64,000 nt of DNA. It comes from Chlorokybus atmophyticus (taxonomy: Eukaryota; Plantae; Mesostigma and Chlorokybus algae). Within the stretch, counting starts at the first letter, position 1, and each line of letters starts with the position of its first letter. The notes under the pieces are model-generated. The model ran no database searches. It had not been told where the DNA came from and worked only from the letters and a program-made list of their open reading frames with translations. A program made the position numbers and the translations under genes. The stretch lies in contig RHPI01003728.1 in assembly GCA_009103225.1 (NCBI GenBank), positions 131,719 to 195,718 on the forward strand, written 5' to 3'. Shown here piece by piece: positions 11,323 to 25,149 of this stretch.

Positions 11323-14300
11323 ATGGCGCTGGCGGAGTCGCCTGCGGGGTCGGAGGATAAGCTGCAGGCAGCTGAGGAGAAGAAGAAGCAGGCCAACCAG
11401 TACTTCCAAAGTAGGAGGGTTGCTCAAGTTGCACTGCTTACATGTCATTGTGGTCAGTTGCATGCATCCACATATATTGGCAATCATGTAGCAAGTAATG
11501 AACAATTGCAAACGCGCCTGCTACCGTAAAGCGCTGCCTCACATTTGGCGCATGCAACAGGATTGATGTCATTCATGTTGTTCCGTAATGCATACACAGC
11601 ATGGTTGAAGTGAAACAAGGTTAAGGTGCTCACGGCTACAACACAGATTGTGATGTCAGACAACAACAAACCATAAACCAATAAGCAAAGTGAAGATTGT
11701 TGTGACGCAAGACACGGCCGCATGTTAATGTTGTTGACATATCTCGCGCGCAGATCCACTTTTTCAAGCTTTCACGCAGTATCGATGCACACTATACTGG
11801 CAGGAAGTGAAGAATATTCTCTGTGCAATCCCCTTCATTGACAATATTGGTGTTTGCGGCGATGCTTGTTGTGGTCTAAGCGAAAATAACGACGCGTGTG
11901 TCCTTGTTGCATGTCAGTCACACATCACTGTCTTCCAGGACAAGCACTCAGCATAATTTTCTACGACTTGTCAGTTACTGATTTGCGCGAGTGTACGTGT
12001 TTCCTGTGCGATAGCAGTCCACTAATATAATGCCATAGCCGCATCAGTTTGGTATATAATCAGGTACAATGTCCAGGTCTTGTTATGCAGAGAATCCGTT
12101 TGTCAACACCGCTTGTTGACACGCTTGCTGCTTTGACAAAGTGTATGGGTTGCAACAATGCACTTGTTGCGCATGCAGTTACTGCCATGCTTGTCATCTT
12201 GCACGCGCATCCTTACCACTGGGCTTCATTTGTTTACGCAGGGACTCAATACACGCTAGCTGTGGACTTGTACACTCAAGCCATTGAGCTGTGCGGCACG
12301 AATGCGGTGTACTATGCCAACCGCGGCCTCGCACACACGCGGATGGAGAACTATGGGCAGGCCATTCTGGATGGAGATAAGGCGATCCAAATAGATCCCA
12401 ACTACGTGAAGGTAAGAAGCCTATTATTGTGTTGATTGTGTGACACTACAGTACTGTGATATGCTGCTCGCTTGTGTATGCGTAACCGTGACATGTGTGA
12501 GTTTCACGCAGGGTTATTACCGACGAGGCGCTGCGTACTTGGCGCTAGGGAAGTACAAAGATGGGTTGAAGGATTTCCGCAAGGTGCGCCAATTTTGTTG
12601 GTTGCTTGATAACACACTTAACTGATATTGCTCCCATGCATGTATGCATGTCTTAACACGACTGTTGCTTGTCCATTCCTTTCAAGAAGAGCATAAACAA
12701 TTGTACATACTGAAGTACTGGTTGCTACCTTCATCGCTGTGCAGGTTGTGACATTGGCACCTCGTGATCCCGAAGCGCGAAGGAAGTTGCAGCAATGCGA
12801 GAAAGCCGTACAGCAGCTGCGGTTTGAGGAGGCCATCTCATCAGATGCGGGCCCAGTTACACCCGTGTCTGACACCATTGACTTAACGACAATGGGTAAG
12901 CTTGGATGATGCGCACTCAGCTGGTTGATTCAAGAACAACTTATGTGGCACAGGCTGTGGTGCTCTGCTGTTGTGTGAAGAGATAACCACCTTGCGCTGT
13001 GCGATGGTGTTATGTTATGTTAGATGGCTCATCATGTTGTTCTGTGTGTGACTGCGCAGATGTTGATGACAGCTATAAGGGGGCGAGGATAGATGGGGAT
13101 CAGATTACGCTAGAGTTTGTTCAACAAATGCTCGCAGATTTCAAGGAACAAAAACCACTGCACAAACGGTGGGCCATGGAGGTTTTTCTAGCCACTGTAA
13201 AGCTCATTACCTGTTGGTGGCAACAGTCATACAACTGATAAATAAGTAACCCTGTCGACTTATGCTGTGACAGGTACGCGTTCCAGATCTTGTTGAGAGT
13301 CAAGTCAATACTACAAAGTTTACCCCCTCTTGTGGACATCGACGTGCCGGAGGGCTCTCACTTCACCGTCTGCGGGGACGTGCATGGTCAATTCTATGAC
13401 TTGTGCAACATATTCGAGCTCAACGGCCTCCCGTCAGAAGAGAACCCGTACCTATTCAATGGAGACTTTGTCGATCGAGGCTCGTGGTCGGCAGAGGTCA
13501 TACTCACCCTCTTTGCGTTCAAGTGGCTGTACCCCACGGGGATGCATCTCACGCGCGGCAACCACGAGAGCCGCAACATGAATAAGGTTGGTACATCATT
13601 ATTGAGATGGCTACTTGCAGTATCAGGCATCCACACATGTATATGTAACGATGTACATGTGCATCTGAAAGCAGAGTCTCGCATTCAGGAAGTGTAGTAT
13701 CGAATGCAATCTCCAGCAACTGTGACACAGTGTGTATGGAAATTGATGAGTTCATGATGATTGACATTTGTATATCATCAAGGTGTATGGTTTTGACGGC
13801 GAGATCAAGCACAAGTATTCCGACCTGATGGTGAACCTTTTCGCCGAGGTCTTCCGCACGCTCCCTCTCGGTTTCGTCCTCAACACCCGCGTGCTCGTCG
13901 TCCACGGCGGCCTCTTCAGCAAGGACGGCGTGAAGCTGGACGACCTCCGCGCCATCGACCGGTTTCAGGAACCGCCCGATGAGGGACTCATGTGCGAGCT
14001 GCTGTGGAGCGACCCGCAGACGGCGCCCGGAAGGAGCCCGAGCAAACGAGGTGTTGGGATCGCGTTTGGACCGGACGTGACGAAGAGGTTTTTGGAGGAA
14101 AATGGACTCGAACTAATTGTGCGATCGCATGAGGTACGTTGTTTGTACGTGTCTTGCTCTCTGTTCATGTGCATCCATGTTGTCAAAGCATGGTTCATGT
14201 TGTCATTGGTACAGCGTTAGGGACAGATAGTAACAGTGGTTTGGGATTGATTTGTAACTGGTTGGTCAGTATGTACTCAACTTGGGTTTGCTGAGTTGCG

Positions 14301-14535
14301 TGTTGTGTTGTTCTGTATGCAGGTCAAGCATGGAGGTTATGAGGTTGAGCACGACGGCAAGTTGATCACTATCTTCTCCGCGCCCAACTACTGCGATCAG
14401 ATGGGCAACATGGGCGCGTTCATCCGGTTCCAATCGGACATGGTCCCGCACTTCACCCAATTCGCCGCGGTCCCGCACCCCACCATGAAACCCATGGCGT
14501 ACGCCAGCAACTTCATGTCCTTGCTGGGCGGCTGA
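11323..14535 (+). CDS. PP5: Ser/Thr protein phosphatase 5 (TPR + PPP domain); 8 exons: 11323-11410, 12242-12411, 12512-12583, 12745-12895, 13060-13168, 13274-13586, 13783-14133, 14323-14535
   Basis: TPR ([30 protein letters not shown]); PPP motifs GDVHGQ, GDFVDRG, RGNHES, HGGLFS, DPQ, RSHE, SAPNYCD; C-terminal PMAYAS. Confidence 0.97.
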
Positions 14536-15174
14536 TACACACGTGTTGCGTAGTGTGTAGTGTAGTCCGAGAAACTCTGTTAGCTTGACTTGTCTTAGTC
14601 TTCAGAAGTTGTCGTCAGTTCTGCCATGCGCAGCTCCCCTCCTGTAGATAGTGTGGAGAAATTTGTATTGTGTGTGCCATTCTTATTTTCATCGTCTTGC
14701 CTGTAGCAGCCTGTGCAAGCATAGCTGAAGTCCCGTTGCTTGCTGCTTGCGCTTGATGAAACACGTGGGTTTAGTAAAGGGTATCACAATCCAAGGTCAC
14801 ATTGCTGTGCATTCCTGCTATGCCTGGATGATAATGAGGAGGGCCTGGATGGTGGGCTGTCGTCTGCATTTGCAACATTGAAGTTGCGATTGTGTTTCTG
14901 CGGATGATGGCTACATCGTGCGGCATGCGCAGTGGCGTTCACTGTATACTACCATAATGGCATCTTCAACTGCCTTTGACATCTTGCTCACTCGTGCGCC
15001 CATACACAGGTGCAGGTGCACAGCCTCCCACATGCCGACATGCACCAGTGCAAGTCGCGTACAACCTTCCACCGCATGCATGCGCGCGCGCACTTGCAGT
15101 TGTATCAATGCCTACTGCACCAGACCTAGACAGGCACACACATACAGGCATCCCTCTCTCCCACTCTCTCCCTC

Positions 15175-18100
15175 TCACTTCTTCCCCCCTCCTTTCCCTC
15201 CCTTCTTGATCGGTTCCACCTCCGCCACCGGCACGGGTTCAGGCTCTGGTTCGGGCGTCGGGGGAGGCGGAGGCAGCAGCAGCCGCTCGACGACGTGCTC
15301 GAGGGCCTGCTCTGGCGTGGCGATCGGTGCCGCTGAGACGGATATCGACAAGGGGATGGCGGTGTCTTTGTCGGAGGGGGGGTTAGGGACGTCGATGGAA
15401 GGGGAGGACGGAACGGGCACCTGTAACAGTGGTTGATGTTGGGGTAAGACACAGGCATGGAGGTCTATGGTGTTGCCAACATGTCATACACGCACAAGCG
15501 CGCGCGTGTGCGAACGCACGCGCGGATGGATGCACACACATGTGTGCATTCATTCATGCACGCATACCCACACGCACGTACGCGCGTACACACTGATACA
15601 GCCTTGCCATACCTGCATCTGCGGTGCGCACATCACGAGCACTTGCGTCATCTCGTCGTAAGTGAGGTCGTACACGGGTCCCTCCACGCGGGGTGTCATT
15701 GGCGCAGCAGCCGCAGGAGCAGCCATCTTCATCTCACTCACACTCTCACCAGCATTGCCAACAACAACACCACTGTCCGGCACTTGTTGTTGTCTCCCGG
15801 CTGGCCCGGGCGTGGCAGGTGGGGAGACCGCTGATCCTCCCGCTGCATTAGTCACGCCGCTGGCACCGCTCTCACCCTCTTCGTCCTCGTTCCAACAGAC
15901 TTTTGATAGAGCGCGCGTAACCATCGCTTCAGTCAGGCCAGTATCCCTGAACAGCCTCCTCTCCTGCATAAGAGGGGTGTTTGATCTGGCTTCTAAACGC
16001 ACACGCACAAGCAAGCGTACACACGCTCGCGCACACGCGCACATGCGCGCGATCACACACAGTTCTGTCTGTCTTTCAACCTGGAGAGCTTCTATCAGGG
16101 CTGAGTGGGTGATTGCGCCCTCGACCACTTTCACGCCCTTTTCGGCGAGGTCTCTATGCAACTGCATGAACCACTCTTGCAGCCTCGCTTGGCTCACCTG
16201 CGTACAGGAGTGCATGTTACACACGACACACACAACTGAAAACATTACACTTGAATGCAAAGTCAATACCTGCAGAACAGACTGCATTGCCGGGGTGTCA
16301 TACCGCTTCATGCTGGCGCTCATGAAACTCTGCGCGCTCTTGCCCGTCCTCGGTATAACATAATGCACGAGCAGCGTAGACACCTGACACACAACCCACT
16401 CTTCACCCACAACATGTAACACAACACCAACATGACTCTCACTCCCCTCACCTTTGAAGCCAGTGAACCAGCATCAGTGTTGTGTCTGATGTTTGCCACG
16501 CGCACGAGCGTCTCGACGAAGTCGCGGTACAGCAGTTTGGTGTCGGGGTCGTGGCAGGAAGACGAAGAGGAGGGGAAGCGAAGACCGAGGGCGGACTTGG
16601 CGCAGGCGTTGAGCTTGGCGAGGGACAGCTGCCTTGTCATCAACTGGGAGAAGAGTGGGTATCAGAAATGACTGGTGCTGTGCCGTGTGTGTGTGTGCCC
16701 ACAAACACGAATATTCTCACACACAAGCGAACGCACATGTATGCATGCGTGCGTGCATGTGTGTGCCTCGATATATGCGTGTGTATACACATCCTCGCAC
16801 GCGCACGCGCGCATGCACACGCATACACCCACTGCATATCTCACCTTGCAGTCTTGAGCCAGGCGCCAGAGTTGCCTCAGAGTGACTTGACTTGAAGTGG
16901 AAGGAGAAGATGACGCAGCGCTATACTGTTTGTACACAGCCTTGAGTTCACTATTCGACCGCAGGACCGCTTTATCCACGGCGCGGACATCCGCCACGGC
17001 GGGCGCGATATCCTCAATGTGAAGCACAACTCCACCCGCAGGAGGCTGAGACAAGTCCACATCAGTCTCACACACGCATCCAACCCAACGTGATTATACC
17101 AAACCCACCTGTGCCATGTTCCCAACCGGCCTATCCTTCTCAAACCTCCCCTCATACACCGTCCCGTCCTCTCCAATAGCTCTCCCCTCCCCCTCTTTCA
17201 TGTTGTCGCGCCACTCCCCCTCGTACTCCCCGCCCGACGCGTACCAGACGCGGCCGCGGCCCTCGCGACGGCCGTCGCGGAAGTCACCCGTATATGTGCT
17301 CACGCTCGCCTCGCCATCCGTGCCAAACCACACGTGCTCGCCCCTGCATTGGTGTGTGGGTGTGGGTGTGAGTGTGGGTGTGCGCGGATGTGCACGTGCA
17401 TGTTCGGCAAGCACGTGTTTGCGCGTGTGTACATTGGTGCATTGGCATGTGTGCAAATGTGAGCGTGTATTGCTGCGTGTGTGTGCGTGTGCGTGTGCGT
17501 TGAAGTGTGCGCGCGCCCACGCAGCTGCACACTTGTACATGTACCGTGCGCATGTGCATGTGCATATGCATGTGTGCAACGCTTCTATGACAATATGTGT
17601 CACGTACTTGCCGTTGGGGAGGCCGTCCGCCCATTCCCCGGCATACTGCTCAATGACCGGTCCACTCGACTGCTTGATAGCACTCTTCCCACTGCAACCC
17701 ACAACACAACACCGCATCAGACACGTATATCCCGCCGCGCACACACAACAACACTCGTGACACACAGTCCTTCACACTGACCTCAACAGCAGTGGTGTGG
17801 GGTCGCGCAGGTCCCCACCAACAGTCCAAAGCATAGTTCCGACACCACACTTGCGGTCCTCAAACCACTCACCCTCATAACGATTCCCAGAAGCATACTA
17901 CAAACACACACGCAATCGTTGGTCTTACACCAACTCGAACCAAGATGTGCATGTATGCACATGTTGAAGCTGTGCATACACATATTCATGCATATGTGCA
18001 TGCATACGTTGAAAATGTGCACACGTGTTGAAAACGCGCATGCGCATACTTAACTTAACATCCACATGCAGAAGATGTGCATGTTGTTCCACACTTCAAC

Positions 18101-19724
18101 TCGCAAGAGATGTCCAACACATGCACATCTTCTCCAAGTTGTTGTGCAAAAGAAGACGTGCAAAACAACATCCTCTCCCTCACCTGCATGATCCCATGTC
18201 CGTGGCGTCGATCACACTCCCACCCCCCCTTGTAATAAGAGCTCCCCTCCGCATCGTATGTAATGGTCCCCTGCCCATGCCTTAACCCGTCGCACCAGTC
18301 GCCCTCGTAGCGGAGGGGGGAGGAGGAGAAGGAGAGGACGCCGTGACCGTGACGCTTGCCCTTGCGGACCTGGCAGAGAGTGTATGTGGGTGGGTGTGCG
18401 TGGGTGCGTGGGCGTGTGCGTGTGCGTGCGTGGGTGCACGCGTGCGCGTGTTTGTGCACGCGCGCGTGTGCCTGTGTGTGCGTGTGTGCACGTGTGTGCG
18501 CGTATGGGCGTATGTGTGCGCTTGCGAATGCACACAGATACGTCCTACTGTGTGATGACACGCATTTGTACACGCGCAAGATGTGCCTGTGCGCGTTCGT
18601 GCTCGCAACGATGCCTTCCAAGCATAAACTACATCGAACCCCCCCTCACTTGTCCCACGTATGTCGCCCCCTGGTACGTTATCCTCCCCTCGCTCCCCGT
18701 CATCTCATTGCTGTCAAGTTTCCCAGAGTACGTGGCGATGTTGTCGGGGAACGTGTACTCTCCCTTCTCATCCCCCAGAGTGTGCATGCGGCCGGCGACC
18801 CAACGACCAGAATAGCGCGCACCGCTCACAAACTCCGCCTCACCCTCGCCATCTAGTGTGGAGTTGGTTCAATGAGTGAGAACTTGATGTTGCTGTGCGA
18901 TGCTTGACAGGTTGGTATGTTGATATAAACAACCACTGTTTGCTTGTAAAGCACGTGACTGTATGACTATACAGCTGTATGTCATTCAGAGACTAGCCCA
19001 GAGACTGAGTGAACAAGTCAGTGAGTGAGTGAGTTATCGAGTATTCGAGTGAGCGAGTGAATTGCTGTGAGTTTACCTGGCAGGTTGATGCGTGGGTCAT
19101 TGTGTCCTGCGTATCGCGTGACGAGAATGGAGAAGATGGCGGGGTCATATGTGACAGTGTCGGCGTAGCGAGCCTGTGGCCGGGGGTCAGGGAGGAGGGG
19201 GGGGAGGGGGCACAGTTGCTCAGGTTAGAGTCTTATTAGTCGATGACAAGCTGTCTTCTTGTGCACATGTGTATATTTGAGAGCGTCTGCGTGCGTGCGT
19301 GCGTGCGTGTGTGCGTGCGCGCGTCTGTGGGTGTGAGTGGGTGTGAGCGACGAGCAGATGACACATCTGTATTTGCCACTACTGCTTGCTCTACGGCTGC
19401 CTGCTGGTGTAGAATAATCTGCATAACGCAAGGCCTGACTGCGTGACACACCTGGTTGTGCTCCTTGCTGTGATTTAATGGTGAATAAAGTCAACTATCC
19501 CAGCGGCATGTCTTGCCATGACTTACACCTTGAGTCAGTGAGTGAGACAGATAGACACGAATGACCATGGACGCCCTGCACACCTTCTGCTTGGGGGCAG
19601 TGGCACCGTCCTCCTCCGCCCCCGCGGCGCCCTCATCCTTCGACTCCGCCACCTCATCTCCATCTGATTCAATTGGCATTCCATCCTGCCTGGCGCCCCC
19701 CGCATCGCCCACCTCCGCGCCCAT
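15175..19724 (-). CDS. RSPH10B: MORN-repeat protein, RSPH10B-like (flagellar), multi-exon
   Basis: About 10 MORN repeats (YEGDWCDGLRHGQGTITYDAEGSSYYKGGW, YTGDFRDGRREGRGRVWYASGGEYEGEW), then RSPH10B-type motifs ELKAVYKQYS, LWRLAQDCK, LLYRDFVETLVRVA. Pro/Lys tail ends at TGA 15175. Confidence 0.82.
15490..19340. repeat. Alternating purine-pyrimidine (CA/TG/CG) low-complexity tracts in several introns
   Basis: e.g. 15490-15600, 16000-16060, 16680-16830, 17350-17580, 18375-18540, 19260-19340; also 51950-52060. Confidence 0.85.
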
Positions 19725-20012
19725 GTCGCCGCCCCCCAACAGCCTTGGCAAGGCCACTTGTGCTTTCTACTTGTGTTGTGTCTGCTCATGTGACCTAAAC
19801 AGCGGTTAAAACAACTCATGTATGGTTTGGGAGTGTGGGGCTTTGGTTGACGGCAAAGCTAACTGAGGCGGCGGTGTGGCTGGCAGACTCAACCCTAAGG
19901 AGGCGGCGGCGGCGGTGGCGGTGGTGATCGTCGAGGAGGCGGGAGGCCGTGGGGTTGGTTGAGGCTGTGGGGGGATTAATCTGCAGAGCTGTTTCTTGGG
20001 AGTCGCGATGCT

Positions 20013-22647
20013 ATGACGGCGTCTGTGGCGGTCGTGTCCAGGCTACAGGTGCGAAAATGTTGCTGCTGTCAAGTGCTCCTGCAGTGCTGTGCTTGTTGCT
20101 TCTGGCTATGCGACGCCGCCAACTTGTACGCGGACGAGCATTGCTTCTTTGCAGAAACGTTGCTCGCTGCACAACTGTGTGCTGCATTGCCTTGTGCTGC
20201 ACAGCCCGGAACACTCAGGTCGGAACCTTTCAAAACTTGTTGGTCGCACACAACTGAAGTCTTTTCCCTGTGCACTGGCCATGGCAACGCGCAATTTGTC
20301 TATTAGACAACCGCAGCCACGAAGTTCACGCGCATACTCAACGTTTGCACTCTCCAAAACAATGCCGATTGCGCAGGAGGTCATAGCGATCTCATACACA
20401 TGGGCCTCTTGTCGCGTTTCATGCTCATGAAAACTAGCATCCCGTTGAGTTGCACCACAGACTGGTTGTGCATACAAGCATCAAATACTGCTAGCCACAT
20501 GTGAAGCACACTCTTGTTACCAATGCATGGCACTGTGCTCAGGTTTTGGCCTCCAGAGTAAGCAACCCTTCTCCTGTGCTGACGCTCAGTGCAAAGGCCG
20601 CTGCCCAGTGTAGGCCCGTCGAAATCAAACCAGCCACAATGGTCTGCGATGCGAGCATGCGTGCTGTTCAAAGGCCGGGTGCCGTTACTGCTGCGTCAAA
20701 AGCCGTGTCCACATTGGCCGTCTACGAAGAGCAGCAGCAAGAAGGCGGCGATAATGATGAACATCAGGCACGAGTGGCATCCGGCAATCACGCTACCAAC
20801 ACTGAAGCCGGCCTCGAAAGGTACAAGTGTTAACGTTGTGTCCATTGTTGTGTTCATATGTGTGTTGATTTTTACATATTAGGCCATTGTTTTGGCGATG
20901 GAGTGGGCCCGGTGCGGGTTTTGGGGCGGGTAGCTGGCGGGAAGCTGCTGCCATGCACGGGGCGGTGGACACAGGACCGAGGCTGTGCGTGGCGCCGATG
21001 ATGGATTGGACGGACAACCACTTCCGCACGCTGTGCCGGCTGCTCACGCGTCGCACGTGGCTATACACCGAGATGGTGGTGGACCAGACACTCGTGCACA
21101 ACCCTGACAAGGCAAGTGTGTTTGCTGGTGCGCTGCGCAAGCCCCCTGGCTTACAGTGTTTGAGTTTCAATATGGGATGAGACGTGCAACTGTCGATCAA
21201 CAAGAAAAGGAACGATGTGCACCGCACTTCTATATTATGCTTTTTTGCTTGTATGTGTATGTGTAACCAATCTTGTGATGTACTGGGGTGTGCTGTTGGT
21301 AGTACCGGAGTGCTATGTAATAGGATGGGTCTCGAGTCTTGGAGTTCCATCCTGGTGTATGCTCAGCCAGTGCAGCGTGGGCTGATGTGGAGACTTCCCT
21401 GTCAAGCAGGCTCGCTTCTTGTCTTTCCCCGAGGGTCAGGGCCCGATAGTGCTTCAGCTGGGCGGCAGCAACCCCGCGACGCTGGCGCAGGCGTGTCGCA
21501 TCGCGCAGGACTTCGGTTACGACGAGATCAACCTCAACTGCGGCTGCCCGAGCGACCGTGTGGCGGGACACGGCTGCTTCGGTGCCAAACTCATGACAGA
21601 CCCAGGTGTGCATGCATGCATGCGTGCGGTGCGTGATGGGTATGTGAGCGTATGTAAGGTTCTGTTGGTGCATATCAGTGCCTGATGTTGGGTCTGCATT
21701 TACTTTGCCTGCAGGTTTGGTTGCGGAATGCACAGCGGCTATGGCAGCTGCCACCAACATACCAATCACGGTCAAGTGCCGCATCGGGGTGGACGATATG
21801 GAGACCTACGAGGAGCTGTGCAACTTTATTGAGACCGTGTCGACCAGGTCGCCCGTGCGCCACTTTATCATACACGCTCGCAAGGCCTTCCTGAAAGGCC
21901 TAAGTCCTGCTGAGAACAGAACCAAACCACCCCTCAAGTATGCCATACATTGTGTTTTCATATGTAGCTATATGTTCAATTTTGTTAGCTCAGTGCAACA
22001 TGTTTTGTCACAGGCACGAGTTTGTGTACGCTCTCCTGCGCGACTTCCCGCACTTGCAGTTCACGCTGAACGGCGTGGTGCCGGACTGTTACGAGGCGTT
22101 GGACCACCTGAGGCGCGGGGCGCACGGCGTGATGTTGGGGCGAGCGGCCTACCAAACTCCATGGCTGGCGCTTGCAGACGCGGATAGGTCCATTTACGGC
22201 TGCGAGAACCCCGCAACGAGCCGTCGGCAAGTGCTGCGCGACTATGCGGCGTACGCCAACGCAGTTAAAGAGGGCTGGTCTACTCACCCGCCGAGCATAC
22301 GAGTGCTCATAAAACCCCTCCTGGACTTGTTTTATTGTGAACCGCGCGCGAGGCGGTGGCGTAACGCCATTGACAAGGTGCTGAAAGAACGCGAAAACAA
22401 CATCCCGTTCGACGAGCTCCTCGACATTGCCCTGTGCGAGCTGCCGGATGAGGTTCTTGATGCCCCGCCGCCACATAAAGGGACCAAACCAGCACCCGTC
22501 CTGCGGGAGCTTCCCGTCACGCCGGAGTGGGTGCAACAGCGGCATGTTTTACATGGGACCGCGTTGGGGTCATCGGGTGTTGGCAACATGGACAGTGGTA
22601 ATGGCTCATTTGCTTTGCCTAGGTTAGCGGAGGTTGCTAGCTCATAG
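20013..22647 (+). CDS. dusA: tRNA-dihydrouridine synthase, DusA-like, with long transit-peptide-like N-terminus, multi-exon
   Basis: [87 protein letters not shown]. Upstream exons 20013-20048 and 20543-20820 are Ala/Ser/Val-rich. Confidence 0.93.
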
Positions 22648-23029
22648 TTCACTTGTAGAGAGGCTGAACTACGTTTGTGCATAACTGGAATGCTGAGGAC
22701 ATGCTAGGGGTAGGTAACATTCTGTTGTCATCATTGTTGCAGTGTACACCTGCACAACTTGCATTAGTACTAACTTTACCCCTGTTGAAGTTGGCTGACA
22801 GCATGTGGTGGCCTCGTTGTGAGTGGCACATGACTGATCAACCCAGTGATGCGGGGTGAAGCAAGATTGTGTTTTGGGTATGTATTGGCATGATATGCAA
22901 TGGCTGATTTCATGCAAGCATGCACAGGCAAGATGCATTGCACTTTTGGTAACGCGTCATGCGGTGCGACCCCGATCAGAAACAGAGCATTAAACAACCT
23001 CGACATTGCGCGATACATAGGCAATGCCT

Positions 23030-24651
23030 CACCAACCGACCTTCCGGGGCCGAGCGCCCACTAAATTGGTCGCCATCGCAAACCCGCATTCTCTCCACCG
23101 CGATGATACTTCGCTCAACCTCAAGATAAAGTTAGCACGATGCTTCGGCAGTGGCACTTGATTGGGAATGCCAGCGCCGCATTGTAGCGCCCGTACGTGT
23201 ATGTCATGCAGTTGAGCATCTTTCTCACCCTGTACCTGACCCAATGTCCTTGACGTCAGCCAAGCATCGAGCGGGCGGAATACCTGCTGGTGGGGTACGG
23301 GTCGCTGGAAAAGGCGCAAGCGTATACGCTGAACGTGTTGGCGTCAGACGCCGATTACCCCAAGCTCAGGGCGCTGGAGGTCTCGCTAGTGCTGCACAGC
23401 GCCCAACCGGGGAGGTGCGGTCGTACACGATAGACGACGCTTGGGACGCGGTCGCCTGGTTGCCGGCGCCGTCAACGGCTGTGACCGCGCAGACAAGCGC
23501 TTGCTCGGTGTCGATCCGGTCATCGTTTGAGATGCGGTGTACACCCCCGCATTCAGAGTGACGGTAGCGGCATTGCCACCGACGGTCGCCGTGGGCATTC
23601 CGTAAACATTGCTGGTATTTGACACCGTGAAAGTAAACGAAACTGCGTCTCCAGGCTTGGTGAAGAACTTTCCAAGTACGAAGTTCACTGCGACGCTGGA
23701 CGAGGAAATGGTGACGGTCGGGTTTGTGGAGTCGAAGGTGAGCCCCGTACCCGTGCTGACGGTATACGGCAATGCGACGTTGCCCGCCTTGTCGGTGACA
23801 TTGATTGCGTAATACATAGGTCCATCCGACACGCCGAAACCAAGCGTGGCTTGCGCCTGGAACGCAGCGCCGCTCACAACTGTGACGATGGCGCTCTGGC
23901 CACCGCGTGTGACAGTTATGCCACTCATCGCAGTGTCTATCACAATAAACGCAAGGTGTTGAGATTCGGACAAACTACTACACATGCATGGAGCTGGTGC
24001 AAGCACTAATACACACACGCATGCTAAACCATGAGCATAAGCACGCACAACAAGCTTAGATTTCCATGAGTTCACGGGCTTTTGTATCCCACCAGTCTCT
24101 ACACACGTCTACTCTAGCAAGCACCACGTAAGCTGTACTCAGCTAAACAAGGCGCAGTAAGTCTTTTTACATAGCTAGCTTCACACGCTTTCCAACAAGC
24201 TATGCCACGCGCCATACAATTAACTACACACGGAGTTCTTGCCATCTCTCTGGAACTCTGGGCTGCGCCAGACTCAGCAAAGTCCGGAGTCTTCGGGCTT
24301 GCTCACACTCCGCGTTGCACACTGTCCAGATATCGGCCTATGGACTCACAAATGCTCAATATCAGCTCTTAAACCCTAACCACTAGTACACTAAGGACTT
24401 AGCTATTTCAAGCTGACCGAACTTGTCCATAATATTGCATAGTTGCACTCAAAAGTGCAACTATGCAAGCCAACTTTAGACACAAAGGTCGCAGTGTTTC
24501 CTGACTTTGCCAGCGCCGTGTTGGCAAAGTTGTTACTGACAAAGCTGGTTATAGTAGGAGTCGGCGCTGACGGCTTGAACGTAATGGAGGAAGTCACGGA
24601 CATAGTGGTGGTATTGCCAGCAAGACCTTTCGCGGTGATGCTATAGCTCAA
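23030..24651 (-). pseudogene. Ig-like (Big-type) repeat surface protein, copy A, with C-terminal discoidin/F5-8-type-C-like segment; disrupted by a 540-bp insertion, stops and frameshifts
   Basis: SYSITAKGLAGNTTT..ITFKPSAPTPTITSFVSNN; YAINVTDKAGNVA..LTFDSTNPTVT..KPGDAVSFTFTVS; distal QGHWVRYRV..YTYGRYN..FPIK. Confidence 0.65.
23940..24479 (+). mobile_element. Non-autonomous Helitron-like insertion (540 bp)
   Basis: Starts TC; 15-bp perfect hairpin at 24435-24468; ends TTAG 11 nt later; no TSD. Removal restores the interrupted frame (TF-VL-DTAMSG). Confidence 0.65.
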
Positions 24652-25126
24652 AAATCGCCCGCTATATACACACTCACACCGACGTCGTTGGTGTTGAGAA
24701 CTTTCGTCGGTTCACGTCGCCAGAAAGGGTCTCAAAGCTGGCCTGCGCAAGTTTGTCGTGAGTCGGCATTCGAACACGACTATGGCAGGCCGAGCGGAAG
24801 TGTAGTGGCCCGCCGGGGTCGCGACTGCCTTGCGTTTGCGCATACTTAGAGACTACTCCGCCGCCGTGGTGGTATTGCCAGCAAGACCTTTCGCAGTGAT
24901 GCTGTAGCTCAAAAATCGCCCGCTATATACACACTCACACCGGCGTCGTTGGTGTTGAGAACTTTCGTCGGTTCACGTCGCCAGAAAGGGTCTCAAAGCT
25001 GGCCTGCGCAAGTTTGTCGTGAGTCGGCATTCGAGCACGACTATGGCAGGCCGAGCGGAAGTGTAGTGGCTTGCCGGGGTCGCGACTGCCTTGCATTTGC
25101 GCAATCTTAGACACTACTCCGCCGCC
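24605..25126. repeat. Tandem duplication, 2 x 261 bp, near-identical
   Basis: Units start GTGGTGGTATTGCCAGCAAGACC at 24605 and 24866 and end ACTACTCCGCCGCC. Confidence 0.95.
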
Positions 25127-25149
25127 CCGCCCGCCTGCCCACTCAAACC

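Noticed and set aside
14911-19500. Many overlapping His/Thr/Arg/Cys/Val-rich ORFs in the ORF track
   Set aside because: They are translations of intronic CA/TG repeats or antisense frames of real exons
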